From UHGV virus genome UHGV-0256221: a stretch of DNA of 22,773 bases. The stretch is one strand, 5' to 3'. Shown in pieces: positions 15,817-22,773 of the stretch. How positions within the stretch are numbered: position 1 is the stretch's first letter; each line of letters begins with the position of its first letter. The notes beneath the pieces are model-generated. The model searched no databases and was not told the DNA's origin. It saw only the letters and a list, made by a program, of their open reading frames with translations. The stretch comes from a virus. Position numbers and translations under genes: made by a program.

Positions 15817-17374
15817 GACCTTCGAGGCTTTCTGCGGCATGCTATCCGGTGGTATTCCTGCCGGTCATCCGGCGCTGGCGGAGTGCTGCGAGTTCCTGGG
15901 TATTACTGCCGACGGCGAACTGGCGCAGCAACTGGTGGCCGGGCTGGGTTACGCTGTTGATCATCGTGAGCTGCGCGCCTGCGACTTTGGCGCACCGACC
16001 ATCAGGAAGCGTTTCTTCATGGTAATGCGTTGCGATGGTATGCCGGTGACCTGGCCGGACCCGACCCACGGCGACCCGAAATCTCCAGCTGTGCAGAGTG
16101 GAAAGTTGGCGCCATGGCGTACAGCTGCGGAGTGTATCGACTGGACCATTCCGGCACCGTCGATATTCGACCGCAAAAAGCCACTGGCTGAAAATACGCT
16201 CAAACGCATCGCTCGTGGCATCCAGCGGTTTGTGATCGAGAGCGCGTCGCCGTTCATCGTCAAGTGCAACCACACGACGACCAAAGGGAAATACGACTGT
16301 TTCCGTGGGCAGGCGCTGAGAGAGCCTCTGCAGACCATTACGAAAACCCACGGCTACGCGTTAGCCGTTCCACACCTGACAAAGTTCCGTACTGGCGCAA
16401 CCGGGCAGCCCGTTACCGAACCTGTGCCCACTGTCACAGCTGGGACGTCGGTGCGCCCGGGCGGCAATGGTCATGCTCTTGGGTTGGTTGAGGCGGCGAT
16501 CACTCCGTTCCTGGCTGGCAATGGGGGCAGTGAATATCAGGCGAAGCCGCGCCCACTAAATAAACCCGCTCACACTATTCTGAAGCAATCGCGCAGTTGC
16601 CTGGTGGCTCCGGTTATTGCCCGGCAGTTTGGTGCCAGTATCGGCCACCGGGCAGACGAACCGAGCGCAACTATCACCGCGGGCGGTGGCGGTAAATCAC
16701 AGCTGGTGACGCCAACGCTGATTCAGATGGGTTATGGCGAACGTCCAGGGCAAGAGCCGCGTGTGCTGAAACTTGATAGCCCGCTTGGCACGGTCACCGC
16801 TGGCGGTAATAAATTTGCGGTTGCCGCTGCACATCTCATTAAACATTACGGCGGGAATTACCAGGGCGCCGGAGTGGGGATGGATGAGCCGATGCATTCT
16901 GTGACCACCGTCGATCACCATGCTGTGGTTGCTTCTCACCTGGTTAAATTGCGCGGAACCTGCCGGGATGGACAACGCACCGACGCGCCAATGCCGACTG
17001 TCACGGCTGGTGGCCTGCATGTAGGGAACGTTGAAACTCATCTTGCCGTAGATGAGTACGACGAAGAACGCGCGCAACAAACGCTGGCGTTCCTGCGCAA
17101 ATACTGTGGTGAGGATTGTACCGGGTTGGTGGTGATCGATGGCGTGACGTATCGCATTGTTGATATTGGTATGCGCATGTTACAGCCGCGCGAACTGTAC
17201 CGGGCGCAGGGCTTCCCGGACTGGTACATCATCGACCAGGACTACCGGGGCAAGAAGTACGCGAAGGATAAACAGGTTGCCCGCTGCGGTAACGCGGTGC
17301 CACCGCCGTTCGCTGAAGCGCTGGTGCGTGCTAATTTGCCGGAACTATGCCAATCGAAACAAATAGCGGCTTAG
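15674..17374 (+). CDS. DNA (cytosine-5)-methyltransferase-like protein, main body in shifted frame; no canonical PCQ seen
   Basis: 566-aa ORF (TTG start is an over-extension) with motif VIII-like LRACDFGAPTIRKRFF, five P-x-x-T-V-T-A-G-G repeats, C-terminal motif IX/X-like QPRELYRAQGFPDWY and CGNAVPPPFAEAL. Confidence 0.55.
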   Translation: MITLPAAAGRARALSWRSVVVWILRLTTTRTLLRCTLRTTRIHCTTGETFEAFCGMLSGGIPAGHPALAECCEFLGITADGELAQQLVAGLGYAVDHRELRACDFGAPTIRKRFFMVMRCDGMPVTWPDPTHGDPKSPAVQSGKLAPWRTAAECIDWTIPAPSIFDRKKPLAENTLKRIARGIQRFVIESASPFIVKCNHTTTKGKYDCFRGQALREPLQTITKTHGYALAVPHLTKFRTGATGQPVTEPVPTVTAGTSVRPGGNGHALGLVEAAITPFLAGNGGSEYQAKPRPLNKPAHTILKQSRSCLVAPVIARQFGASIGHRADEPSATITAGGGGKSQLVTPTLIQMGYGERPGQEPRVLKLDSPLGTVTAGGNKFAVAAAHLIKHYGGNYQGAGVGMDEPMHSVTTVDHHAVVASHLVKLRGTCRDGQRTDAPMPTVTAGGLHVGNVETHLAVDEYDEERAQQTLAFLRKYCGEDCTGLVVIDGVTYRIVDIGMRMLQPRELYRAQGFPDWYIIDQDYRGKKYAKDKQVARCGNAVPPPFAEALVRANLPELCQSKQIAA

Positions 17375-17435
17375 AGTCTGAGTTTCAGGGCAGGACGTAA
17401 CAAATCCTGCTACTTCAATGACGTAGATTTAAACT

Positions 17436-17444
17436 TGATATAAT
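17436..17444 (+). promoter_or_regulatory. Candidate extended -10 promoter (TGaTATAAT) for the 17474 gene
   Basis: Perfect TATAAT preceded by TG; weak -35; about 30 bp before the RBS. Confidence 0.35.
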
Positions 17445-17473
17445 TGGGCTCCAATCGACAAAGGAGCTATAAA

Positions 17474-17710
17474 ATGCATCACTATATATTTCCACGCAAT
17501 AACGGCATAACACTGATTAAAACTGAGGAATTTATTCCTCAAGGCTCAATTTACGATATAGATGGTGGAGACCATTTGTGTATGCATGTGACGCTTAAAG
17601 ATGGTACTTACGGGTATCTTCTACCTGTAGGAACCGCCTACAATCATCAATGGGTCATTGGACAAATAAACGCTGTTCGCCCAAATCCACTGGCATTTGA
17701 TATCAACTAG
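17474..17710 (+). CDS. Hypothetical small protein (78 aa), stand-alone cassette
   Basis: ATG at 17474 with AAGGAG RBS; AT-rich; own promoter-like element and terminator. Confidence 0.5.
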   Translation: MHHYIFPRNNGITLIKTEEFIPQGSIYDIDGGDHLCMHVTLKDGTYGYLLPVGTAYNHQWVIGQINAVRPNPLAFDIN

Positions 17711-17741
17711 CCAGATATTGAGATGAATATTTGAAAACTAC

Positions 17742-17767
17742 AAAACCGCTTCGGCGGTTTTTCTTTG
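17742..17767 (+). terminator. Intrinsic terminator
   Basis: AAAACCGC-TTCG-GCGGTTTTTCTTTG hairpin with T-run, about 30 bp after the 17710 stop. Confidence 0.6.
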
Positions 17768-17802
17768 TATAATCCTTCTCAAAGCATTGAGGGGGATTCA
17801 TC

Positions 17803-18060
17803 ATGTCTAGCCATAACATCGCAGCAAAATCAAAAGAAGAACAGGACAAGGTGAACGTTGACCTTGCTGCTTCTGGTGTGGCGTACAAAGAACGCCTAAA
17901 CATGCCAGTTATCGCTGAGCAGGTGGCCCGCGAGCAGCCAGAGAATCTTCGCGAATACTTCATGGAGCGCGTTCGTTACTACCGCGAGCAGAGCCTGACG
18001 CTGCCGAAAGCATCCGATTCGCGTTATCTGGATATGGCTGCGCAGAATGAGAAGAAGTAA
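17803..18060 (+). CDS. Hypothetical small protein (85 aa), first of a coupled pair
   Basis: GAGGGGGA RBS; TATAAT about 30 bp upstream; stop overlaps next start (TAATGG). Confidence 0.5.
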   Translation: MSSHNIAAKSKEEQDKVNVDLAASGVAYKERLNMPVIAEQVAREQPENLREYFMERVRYYREQSLTLPKASDSRYLDMAAQNEKK

Positions 18061-18314
18061 TGGGCTGCCTCATTGTAAGCGGAATCAAGTTTTACGTTCT
18101 GGCAGAAGGTGACTCATATCCCGATCCGCATAATGATAATCGGTATGTCGGTGCATATGCCGTATTCCCGTTTGAGGGAAAGTGGGTTGCTCAGAAGTAT
18201 TTCAGGGGAGGACGCTGGAGTGATATCACCGAACGCCGATTTAACACTGAAAACGAGGCATTCAACTTCACATACGAATACGCGTTTCTCCCGGAAAACC
18301 GCTACAAATATTAA
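18060..18314 (+). CDS. Hypothetical small protein (84 aa), aromatic-rich
   Basis: Translationally coupled to the upstream gene. Confidence 0.5.
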   Translation: MGCLIVSGIKFYVLAEGDSYPDPHNDNRYVGAYAVFPFEGKWVAQKYFRGGRWSDITERRFNTENEAFNFTYEYAFLPENRYKY

Positions 18315-18336
18315 TCAGTTCAGCTAAAAGCAACAT

Positions 18337-18365
18337 TTGATTTTCCATTATCAGCTGTACATAAT
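18337..18365 (+). promoter_or_regulatory. Candidate sigma70 promoter before the 18416 gene
   Basis: TTGATT, 17 bp, CATAAT; followed by inverted repeat TGTCAG...CTGACA. Confidence 0.3.
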
Positions 18366-18415
18366 GTCAGTGTCAGCCTGAACAACTGACAACTTGATGC
18401 GCCACGGAGAGTACC

Positions 18416-19015
18416 ATGGCGCACGAACTACAACTCATTAAGCAATCATCAGGAATCCTGATCCCCGCTACGCCGGAGACCAGCGATATTCTGCAATCAA
18501 AAATCAAACTCGGCGCCGTGCTGGTAGCCGAATTTCGTCAGGTGAGGAATCCCGCATTCCATCGCCGTTTTTTTGCGCTCCTGAATCTCGGGTTTGAATA
18601 CTGGGAACCTACTGGAGGGGCGATCTCCTCCAACGAGCGCAAACTGGTAACCGGCTACGCCAAATTCCTTGCCTCATTCGCGGGAAGTGAAGCTGCACTC
18701 CTGGATGCAGCTGAGCAATATCTGGAGCGTATCGCTGATAAGCGAGCCGGTAGCATTAGCATCTGCAAATCCTATGATGCTTATCGTGCATGGGTGATCA
18801 TCGAGTCTGGTCACTACGACGCCATTCAGCTTCCCGACGGCACCCTTCGCAAACACCCCCGCAGCATTGCCTTCGCCAACATGGACGAAACCGAGTTCCA
18901 GCAGCTGTACAAAGCCGCGCTTGATGTCCTCTGGCGCTGGATATTGTCAAAAGCGTTCACGGACCAGCGCGAGGCGGAGAACGCCGCTGCGCAGCTCATG
19001 AGCTTCGCGGGGTGA
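18416..19015 (+). CDS. nin-region protein (DUF1367-like, from memory)
   Basis: 199-aa ORF; stop overlaps next start. Confidence 0.45.
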   Translation: MAHELQLIKQSSGILIPATPETSDILQSKIKLGAVLVAEFRQVRNPAFHRRFFALLNLGFEYWEPTGGAISSNERKLVTGYAKFLASFAGSEAALLDAAEQYLERIADKRAGSISICKSYDAYRAWVIIESGHYDAIQLPDGTLRKHPRSIAFANMDETEFQQLYKAALDVLWRWILSKAFTDQREAENAAAQLMSFAG

Positions 19016-19221
19016 TGGGGATGAAGCATACCTGGTTCCATCATACCGATTGCACAACCCAGCAGGCCGAAGAGCTCATGGAGGAATACCAGCGCCGCGG
19101 CGTAATGGTAGAGCGCAGCCTGAACTCCGATTATCTCACCTGGACCGTCAGCGCCCGGCTTCCTGAAGGCAATAAACCACCGCGTATAAATCGCCAGTGG
19201 CAAAACCGGATATGGGGGTGA
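19012..19221 (+). CDS. Hypothetical small protein
   Basis: 69-aa ORF coupled to neighbours. Confidence 0.4.
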   Translation: MMGMKHTWFHHTDCTTQQAEELMEEYQRRGVMVERSLNSDYLTWTVSARLPEGNKPPRINRQWQNRIWG

Positions 19222-19505
19222 GCGTGGCTATTTATCGCAGCAAGAAATGGCTCGCCGCCGTCGGGCAGATCGAACGTTGTGTTCTTTGTGGCGCATGGGG
19301 AACGCAGGTGGCACACCGGAACGAAGGGAAAGGCATGGGATTAAAAACTGATGACTGTGCGACAGCTGCGCTCTGCGTTTGCTGTCATGACAGCATTGAT
19401 AACGGGAATAAGCTGAACAGGGAAGAGCGCCGGCAGCTTATGGATCGCGCGATTGTTCTGACAGTGATTGAAGTTGCCCGCCGCGGGCTGGTGGTGCCCG
19501 CATGA
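19197..19505 (+). CDS. Cys/His-rich nin-region protein (possible zinc-binding)
   Basis: ORF has GTG start; alternative ATG at 19212 (MGVSVAIYRS); CVLCG ... CVCCHD; stop overlaps the rusA start. Confidence 0.45.
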   Translation: MAKPDMGVSVAIYRSKKWLAAVGQIERCVLCGAWGTQVAHRNEGKGMGLKTDDCATAALCVCCHDSIDNGNKLNREERRQLMDRAIVLTVIEVARRGLVVPA

Positions 19506-19858
19506 AAATTTACGAAATTACGCCGATTGGCAAGCCCAGGATGACTCAGCGTGACCGATGGCATAAACGGCCAGCAACGGCAGCGTACTGGGCTTACAAA
19601 GAACAGGTCAGGTTGCTCGGCATCCGTCTGCCTGAGTCCGGATATCACGTCACGTTCGTTATCCCCATGCCAAAGAGCTGGAGTAAGGCAAAGCGGGCGC
19701 AATATGTCGGCAAGCCACATCGACAAAAGCCGGACAAAGACAACCTGGAAAAAGCTTTGCTGGATGCAGTGTTTGACGAGGATAGCCATGTCTGGGACGG
19801 ACGGGTTACCAAAATCTGGGGAGAAACCGGGCAAATCATTATTGAGGAGGCCAAATGA
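19502..19858 (+). CDS. rusA: RusA-family Holliday junction resolvase
   Basis: 118 aa; RusA-like acidic motif (KPDKDNLEKALLDAVFDEDSHVWD); located just before Q. Confidence 0.8.
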   Translation: MKIYEITPIGKPRMTQRDRWHKRPATAAYWAYKEQVRLLGIRLPESGYHVTFVIPMPKSWSKAKRAQYVGKPHRQKPDKDNLEKALLDAVFDEDSHVWDGRVTKIWGETGQIIIEEAK

Positions 19859-19992
19859 AGCCAGAAACGCTTGAGATACTCCGCGCGCGCTGGCAGCGCC
19901 TTCGCATTTATCGCTACCGGGGATCGGTGCTGGTGGATTATCGCATTCTTCGTAATTTTGTTCGTATCTATCATTCAGCAGGAGCAGCCTAA
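19855..19992 (+). CDS. Possible 45-aa Arg-rich protein between rusA and Q
   Basis: Hand translation MKPETLEILRARWQRLRIYRYRGSVLVDYRILRNFVRIYHSAGAA; GAGGAGG RBS 4 nt upstream; start overlaps rusA stop, stop overlaps Q start. Confidence 0.3.
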   Translation: MKPETLEILRARWQRLRIYRYRGSVLVDYRILRNFVRIYHSAGAA

Positions 19993-20774
19993 TGAACCTC
20001 GAAAACACCGTGAAATATCACTTCGCCAAGTCGACGCTTATTAGCGACTCTCCGCGCGCCACTGGTTCAGATTCGCTGACCGGGACGGATGTCATGGCGG
20101 CCATGGGCATGACCCAGGAACGTGCCGCCATGGGATACAGTGCCTTCCTCGGCAAGATGGGCATAAGCAATAACGACCGGGATCGGGCGATCGGTCTGCT
20201 GGCTGAGTACGCGATGACAAAATGCGATAAAGTAGCCGCGCTGCGCAAGCTCGCCGACGGGGTTAGGCCGTTGGTTATACATCAGCTTGCTACCTTCGCT
20301 TTTGAGGACTATTCCCGCAGTGCCGCCAGCGTGAAGCAGTGCGATTGCTGCTCTGGCGTTGGATTCATTCAGGCTGATGTATTCACCAATAAATTCCGCA
20401 AGCCAGAAGGCAAAATGACAGTGTCCGGAATGGTGAAGGTCAAAGAGTCTGTGAAGGTGCTCTGCAAAAAGTGCAATGGTGCCGGAACCGTTAGCGCGGC
20501 ATGCAGTGATTGCCACGGGCGAGGAAAGGCAGTAAACCAAGACCTGACGGAAAAGCAGGGTATTCCTGTCCTGGCGGATTGTAAGCGCTGCGGCGGTCGC
20601 GGATATGAACGTATCCCATCAACTGAGGCCCACGCAGCTGTTTGCCAAATTACGGATGCTATCAGCCTGGATACGTGGAAGAAGTCTGTTAAACCGTTCT
20701 ATGATCAGCTGATTACGAAATTCGATATTGAAGAGGCATGGGCCGAAACACAGCTTAAGCAAATAACACGATAG
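19992..20774 (+). CDS. Putative late antiterminator Q (Cys-rich, four CxxCxGxG motifs)
   Basis: 260 aa between rusA and the late promoter/lysis module; CDCCSGVG, CKKCNGAG, CSDCHGRG, CKRCGGRG; call rests on position plus zinc motifs. Confidence 0.55.
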   Translation: MNLENTVKYHFAKSTLISDSPRATGSDSLTGTDVMAAMGMTQERAAMGYSAFLGKMGISNNDRDRAIGLLAEYAMTKCDKVAALRKLADGVRPLVIHQLATFAFEDYSRSAASVKQCDCCSGVGFIQADVFTNKFRKPEGKMTVSGMVKVKESVKVLCKKCNGAGTVSAACSDCHGRGKAVNQDLTEKQGIPVLADCKRCGGRGYERIPSTEAHAAVCQITDAISLDTWKKSVKPFYDQLITKFDIEEAWAETQLKQITR

Positions 20775-20810
20775 CGATTACGAAAATAGTCTGCGCTTTG
20801 ATTGCGGCTA

Positions 20811-20838
20811 TTTACTTTTCCCGAATCTGTGTTAATTT
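20811..20838 (+). promoter_or_regulatory. Candidate late promoter PR'
   Basis: TTTACT, 16 bp, TAATTT about 40 bp after the Q stop; weak match. Confidence 0.25.
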
Positions 20839-20869
20839 TATCCCAACGATGGGTTAATGCCTTCGTTTC

Positions 20870-20906
20870 AAGCCCTGCGGTTAACACCGTGGGGCTTTTG
20901 CGTTTC
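20870..20906 (+). terminator. Intrinsic terminator after the late promoter (tR'-like)
   Basis: AAGCCCTGCGG-TTAACA-CCGTGGGGCTT hairpin (two G-U pairs) followed by TTGCGTTTC. Confidence 0.5.
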
Positions 20907-21150
20907 TGGAGGGTAAGAAAATGCACCAGTAAACGGATAGACCGCAGCCGAAAGGCAAAGCAGCAGTCATGATGCTGCCCTGAGTCGCCATTGAGCGAGC
21001 CTGTGTAGCGATGGGTTAAGGTTCATGTATTAAAAATAGCTCCGGTAGAGCAGCGCGAACGCCAGACGCGCACCGGTTATAAGCGGCGATAGAGCGACAG
21101 CACCTCAAGGGCATGAGCGTGGCCACTCCGGGTAGTGGCAAAGAATTTAT

Positions 21151-21180
21151 AGCCTCGCTTATGCGGGGCTTTTCTATTTC
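21151..21180 (+). terminator. Second intrinsic terminator before the lysis genes
   Basis: AGCCTCGC-TTAT-GCGGGGCT hairpin followed by TTTTCTATTTC. Confidence 0.5.
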
Positions 21181-21288
21181 AGGCCTCACGGGAATCATCC
21201 GCTACGTGCTTTGTTGATAAATCCAGCCCGTGAAGCCTGACCCTTTTCAAACACACACAGCGCCATCCGAAAAATCGGAGGTGAGGCT

Positions 21289-21567
21289 ATGACCAGAATG
21301 AGCACCATTTACAGCAGACTTTCATATGGAACAGGCACCACGCTGACCGGCTGCGGTGTATCAGCGAAGGCATATGCCGAAACAGCTAAAACAGCAAAAG
21401 AGGTGTCCTGGATGTTGGCCGACAGAATTGCAGGGTTAAGCCTGAGCGACTGGGCAATTATTGTCGGTATCTCATGCACTGTTATCACCTGTGCAGTGAA
21501 CTGGTACTACAGGAAAAAGGAAAGGGAGGACCGGCTTAATGGCAATGTCACCAAAGCTGAAGAATAG
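21289..21567 (+). CDS. Pinholin (phage-21 S21-like)
   Basis: 92 aa; [32 protein letters not shown] resembles S21 (SPSQWAAIGVLGS...YFKIREDRR, from memory); GGAGGTGAG RBS; followed by a SAR endolysin. Confidence 0.6.
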   Translation: MTRMSTIYSRLSYGTGTTLTGCGVSAKAYAETAKTAKEVSWMLADRIAGLSLSDWAIIVGISCTVITCAVNWYYRKKEREDRLNGNVTKAEE

Positions 21568-22111
21568 TGTTATTGCAGCTATACCCGCTGGCGCTATTGC
21601 TATCGCTGCGGCGTTGATTACTGGCCCAACGGGTAATGATGGCCTTGAAGGTGTACGCTATCAGCCTTATCGGGATGTTGTTGGGGTGTGGACGGTATGC
21701 TACGGGCACACTGGCAGCGACGTCAAAATCGGGAAGACGTACACCGAGACAGAGTGTGCCATTCTGCTCACAAAAGATCTGAATACCATCGCACGTCAGA
21801 TTGACCCCTACATCAAGGTTCCGATCCCGGCAACAATGCGGGGTGCACTTTACTCATTCGCGTACAACGTCGGCGCTGGCAACTTCAAAACCTCCACGCT
21901 GTTACGCAAAATCAACCTGGGCGACACAAAAGGGGCTTGCGAACAATTACGGCGCTGGACATATGCCGGTGGCAAACAGTGGAAGGGTTTAATTACCCGG
22001 CGTGAGATTGAGCGTGAAGTTTGCCTGTGGGCAGAAAAACCTCAGGTTCTTGGTGATGGGCTCGGGCCGCTTAACCCTGGCATTCCGGTATCAGTTCCGG
22101 GGGTATTCTGA
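21539..22111 (+). CDS. SAR endolysin (GH24 lysozyme with N-terminal signal-anchor-release domain)
   Basis: Gly/Ala-rich N-terminal helix ([17 protein letters not shown]) then T4-lysozyme-type catalytic region ([25 protein letters not shown]). Confidence 0.8.
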   Translation: MAMSPKLKNSVIAAIPAGAIAIAAALITGPTGNDGLEGVRYQPYRDVVGVWTVCYGHTGSDVKIGKTYTETECAILLTKDLNTIARQIDPYIKVPIPATMRGALYSFAYNVGAGNFKTSTLLRKINLGDTKGACEQLRRWTYAGGKQWKGLITRREIEREVCLWAEKPQVLGDGLGPLNPGIPVSVPGVF

Positions 22112-22698
22112 TGAGCCCGAAACGCCAGATTATTGTTGGGTTGCTGCTGGTGGTCGTCGCATTCATCGCCGGCAGTGTATGGAGCAGTCGCGGGTGGGAA
22201 AAAAAGTGGGCGGAACGTGACAGCGTTGAATCATCGCAAACAGCGAACGCGCAGACCGCCGCCCGCATGATTGAGCAAGGGCGAGCCGCTGCCCGTGAAG
22301 AGGCTGTGAAAGATGCACAACAACAAGCGGCAAAAGCTGCTGCCACTGCTGCTGGTCTGTCTGCCACTGTTAGCCAGCTGCGCACCGAAGCAACAAAACT
22401 TGCCATCCACCTGGATGCCGCAAAGCACACCGCAGATCTTGCCGCTACCGTCCGAAGCAAAACAACCGACACCAACGCAGGATTGCTTGCCGACATGCTC
22501 GGAGATATTGCAGCAGAAGCTAAACGATATGCTGGAATCGCTGACGAACGCTACCGGGCAGGAATGACGTGTGAGCGCGTTTACGACTCGGTGAGAGAGT
22601 CAAATAACGGGATCTGGCAAAAAGCGGGGACGAATCCCATAAGCGCTAACTTAAGGGTTGAACCATCTGAAGAATGCGACGCCTCGGTGCCTCGTTAA
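22111..22698 (+). CDS. Rz-like i-spanin
   Basis: N-terminal TM helix ([15 protein letters not shown]), Ala/Gln-rich coiled-coil periplasmic domain; start overlaps endolysin stop; Rz1-like ORF embedded. Confidence 0.6.
   Translation: MSPKRQIIVGLLLVVVAFIAGSVWSSRGWEKKWAERDSVESSQTANAQTAARMIEQGRAAAREEAVKDAQQQAAKAAATAAGLSATVSQLRTEATKLAIHLDAAKHTADLAATVRSKTTDTNAGLLADMLGDIAAEAKRYAGIADERYRAGMTCERVYDSVRESNNGIWQKAGTNPISANLRVEPSEECDASVPR
22313..22567 (+). CDS. Rz1-like o-spanin lipoprotein embedded in Rz
   Basis: Signal peptide with lipobox LLASC, Pro-rich mature region, fully inside the Rz ORF in another frame. Confidence 0.55.
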   Translation: MHNNKRQKLLPLLLVCLPLLASCAPKQQNLPSTWMPQSTPQILPLPSEAKQPTPTQDCLPTCSEILQQKLNDMLESLTNATGQE

Positions 22699-22773
22699 GA
22701 CGATGCCTCGCGTTCTTCAATTGCGTTTTGTAGGCTGTCAGGGATACTGTCCCACGAATGGCCACCTGTAAGC

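Larger units (their letters stand above)
1..22773. mobile_element. Lambdoid prophage segment, integrase end through lysis module; boundaries not visible in window
   Basis: Contiguous phage modules in canonical order: int/xis, recE-recT, cI/cro, O/P with iterons, nin region, rusA, Q, holin-endolysin-Rz/Rz1. Confidence 0.85.

Noticed and set aside
15813-16351. ORFs in other frames or antisense within the methyltransferase-like region
   Set aside because: Shadow ORFs within a GC-rich gene; translations are Arg/Trp-rich and low complexity.
17444-17473. TTG-initiated N-terminal extension of the 17474 gene
   Set aside because: The extension overlaps the TATAAT promoter element; the ATG at 17474 has a canonical AAGGAG RBS.
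20900-21290. Possible tRNA between Q and the pinholin
   Set aside because: No cloverleaf-compatible arrangement or T-loop-like GGTTCGAATCC motif seen by eye; only terminator-type hairpins. A tRNAscan run would settle it.
1-22773. CRISPR arrays, rRNA genes, IS elements
   Set aside because: No regularly spaced short direct repeats with unique spacers, no rRNA-like conserved segments, and no transposase-like ORF with terminal inverted repeats were seen.

Overview
The whole window reads as one lambdoid enterobacterial prophage (Rac / phage-21-like mosaic), running from the integrase end to the lysis cassette. Left to right: a P4-like tyrosine integrase and convergent AlpA/Xis-like gene; a leftward early operon (N-like basic protein, small zinc-ribbon proteins, HNH-AP2 endonuclease, RecE, RecT, a C39-like cysteine-peptidase-like protein); an immunity region (cI-like repressor with OR/PR, Cro-like, YdaT/CII-like); lambda-type O and P replication genes with ori iterons inside O; a nin-like region (Ead/Ea22-like, an interrupted C5-methyltransferase-like gene, AT-rich small-gene cassettes, RusA); a Q-like antiterminator; and a phage-21-type lysis module (pinholin, SAR endolysin, Rz with embedded Rz1). 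The best candidate for an undescribed system is an AT-rich two-gene module directly downstream of the repressor gene (zinc-ribbon protein plus tail-anchored coiled-coil membrane protein), in the position lambda uses for rexAB. All calls come from reading the sequence and ORF translations by eye; no database search was run, and motif coordinates are approximate to a few bases. No tRNA, rRNA or CRISPR array was found, and the att site could not be identified.
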